Shown here: positions 41,394 through 42,854 of the stretch, one piece after another
Position numbering within the stretch: position 1 is the stretch's first letter
How the letters are laid out: each line of letters begins with the position of its first letter
From: a virus
IMG/VR virus record: IMGVR_UViG_3300017605_001089
Location: 1 to 42,854 of that record
DNA: 42,854 bases
Direction: 5' to 3' (one strand)
Translations under genes and position numbers: made by a program
The notes under the pieces: model-generated
Told to the model about the DNA's origin: nothing
What the model saw: only the letters and a program-made list of their open reading frames with translations
Database searches by the model: none

Positions 41394-41911
41394 GCGCGGC
41401 GCCGGCGAACACGCCGAAGCCCTCGGGCCTCGAGATCGAAACCTGCTCGCGGTGCGCGGGCTCGGGCAAGCACTCCTACTGCCAGATGTACGGGTCGACC
41501 TGCTTCAAGTGCGGCGGCTCCGGGCGGACCTACACGAAGCGCGGCGCCGCGGCGGCCGCGAAGCTCACCGACCTGAGGAGCAAGCCGGCAAGCGAACTCG
41601 TTCCCGGCGACACGGTCCTGATGCGCGGCTTCTCCTGCGGCTCGGTCTCGAGCCCGTCGAAGTGGTGCAAGGTGGCGGCGCTCGAGGACGCGACCGGCTC
41701 GGCCCGGTACAAAGACGCCGCGGGCGAATGGGTCACGCCGACGCAAATCCGGATCGTGTTCGAGCCCGGGGCCGGCTACTCGGCCTCGACCTCGGACCCC
41801 GCCACCATGTACCGCGTGCGGCAGGGCGCCGCGGCGCTCGAGGCCACGCTGGCCGAGGCGCTCGAGTATCAGGCCACGCTCACGAAGACCGGCAAGCCGC
41901 GGAAGCGGTAG
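41390..41911 (+). CDS. Early protein with a DnaJ-type CxxCxGxG zinc finger
   Basis: GTGA overlap start. CSRCAGSGK and CFKCGGSGR lie in the first 50 residues. Confidence 0.65.
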   Translation: MSAAPANTPKPSGLEIETCSRCAGSGKHSYCQMYGSTCFKCGGSGRTYTKRGAAAAAKLTDLRSKPASELVPGDTVLMRGFSCGSVSSPSKWCKVAALEDATGSARYKDAAGEWVTPTQIRIVFEPGAGYSASTSDPATMYRVRQGAAALEATLAEALEYQATLTKTGKPRKR

Positions 41912-41917
41912 CAGCGC

Positions 41918-41942
41918 GGGCCCCGGGATCTGCCCGGGGCCC
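41918..41942 (+). terminator. GC-rich hairpin (10-bp perfect stem, 5-nt loop)
   Basis: GGGCCCCGGG atctg CCCGGGGCCC, 6 nt after the stop. Confidence 0.5.
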
Positions 41943-41968
41943 TCACCTTCACGAAGAGGAGAACGGCG

Positions 41969-42529
41969 ATGACGAAGCTCGAGGAACTCAGGGAGCAGGA
42001 AGCGGCGGCGCAGAAGGTGTACGACGAAGCGAACGCGGCGAAGCGCGCGGCGGAGAAGCGCGTCAGGGCGGAGCACGCCGCGGCGCTCGAGGCGGCGCTC
42101 GCGGCCGTCAACGCGGAGCACGACCCGGTCTCGCGCGCGGCGTGGCTCGTGCTGCACCCGATCACGACCGCGGCTCAGGCGGAAGCCGTGCGCGAGGCCG
42201 AGGCCGGCGAGAACCTGCCGCACCCGCTCGGGACCGTGTTCGCCCGCTGGCTCGGCGCCGGCTGGCGCTCCGGAGCGGACGGCTTCAGCGGGGACTACAC
42301 GCACTTCCTCCCGATGAAGGAGCGCGCGGTCCTCGAAGTGTTCAAGCCCGGCGATACGATCCGGCCGGAGAATCACAACGCCTACGGCGAGGGCGACCCG
42401 AAGCCCGGCGACCTCGTGCTGCGCGACCTGAAGGCGAACAAGAAGCGCGGCGTGTCCTGCCGGAAGTTCCGCCCCGAGGATCGCATGTGGCTTCCGGAAG
42501 GCGTCCAGCATCCGATGGCGAAGCCGTGA
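41969..42529 (+). CDS. Hypothetical protein
   Basis: ATG after GAGGAGAA. Confidence 0.7.
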   Translation: MTKLEELREQEAAAQKVYDEANAAKRAAEKRVRAEHAAALEAALAAVNAEHDPVSRAAWLVLHPITTAAQAEAVREAEAGENLPHPLGTVFARWLGAGWRSGADGFSGDYTHFLPMKERAVLEVFKPGDTIRPENHNAYGEGDPKPGDLVLRDLKANKKRGVSCRKFRPEDRMWLPEGVQHPMAKP

Positions 42530-42753
42530 AGCTCAGGCGCTCGCCGTTCGCGGCGCTTCAGGCCGCGGCCGATGCGAGGACCGGCAACGTGGACCGGGCG
42601 GCCGCGAACGTGCGGGCCGCCCGGGACGCCTACGACGCGCACCCGAGCCCGAGGACGCACGCCGCGCTCGCGCGGGCCGTGGGCGCTCTGGCCGTGGCAA
42701 CGGACCCGGACGGCGTGACGGGAACGGCTCGAGGCTGGCGCAGGCGCCTGTAA
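42526..42753 (+). CDS. Hypothetical protein (its 3' end is duplicated at 1..40)
   Basis: GTGA overlap start. It runs into the terminal repeat. Confidence 0.55.
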   Translation: MKLRRSPFAALQAAADARTGNVDRAAANVRAARDAYDAHPSPRTHAALARAVGALAVATDPDGVTGTARGWRRRL

Positions 42754-42854
42754 CCCGTTGCTCTGGGCCGCGGTAGAGAATCGGCGAAAATAGTCGAAAA
42801 ATACCCTTGCACGGTTCGCGGGCCGGATGCTACATTTTGGTCGTCGCAGGGAAG
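42714..42854. repeat. Terminal direct repeat copy B (identical to 1..141); contains a truncated second image of module P1
   Basis: Direct comparison with the first 141 nt. Confidence 0.95.

Overview
The window is one complete, very GC-rich dsDNA tailed-phage genome. Bases 1-141 are identical to bases 42714-42854, so the unit length is 42,713 bp and the contig closes on itself. Coding density is very high and almost all genes are on the + strand.

Layout:
- An early/DNA-metabolism arm wraps through the contig ends, from about 40.7 kb through 0 to about 18.5 kb.
- A siphovirus-type late arm runs 18.6-38.7 kb: TerS, TerL, a portal-MuF fusion, protease/scaffold, an HK97-like capsid protein, connectors, tube, frameshifted chaperone, tape measure, tail tip/fibre proteins, amidase endolysin and holin. 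No sheath gene was seen.
- One five-gene minus-strand cassette sits at 38.9-40.6 kb and ends in an HExxH metallopeptidase.

Recognisable early functions:
- A single-polypeptide SbcD-SbcC (Mre11-Rad50-like) nuclease/ATPase.
- An XRE-type HTH protein and winged-helix proteins.
- A phage-encoded CsrA homologue.
- A ParB-domain/DPPY methyltransferase fusion and a second DPPY methyltransferase.
- A truncated Dam-family fragment.
- A DUF1376 replication-organiser-like protein and a DUF1064-like nuclease.

Most distinctive non-coding signal: a promoter plus 5' leader module present in five copies, four on the + strand and one on the - strand. Two copies lie back to back. All share sigma70-like -35/-10 elements and an invariant GGGAAGGGCCC box in the leader. 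This box plus the GGA in each Shine-Dalgarno gives each leader the look of a CsrA target, so a phage CsrA / leader regulon is the main hypothesis.

Other points:
- A tail-chaperone recoding event that needs a +1 (or -2) shift rather than -1.
- A low-GC iteron-like island inside the DUF1376 gene, a candidate origin.
- An anti-SD leader before the gene at 12123.
- Two unlisted small ORFs.
- A family of GC-only hairpins that punctuate the operons.

No integrase, tRNA, CRISPR array or IS element was recognised. The host is unknown. All functional calls rest on motif recognition by eye and none was checked against a database.
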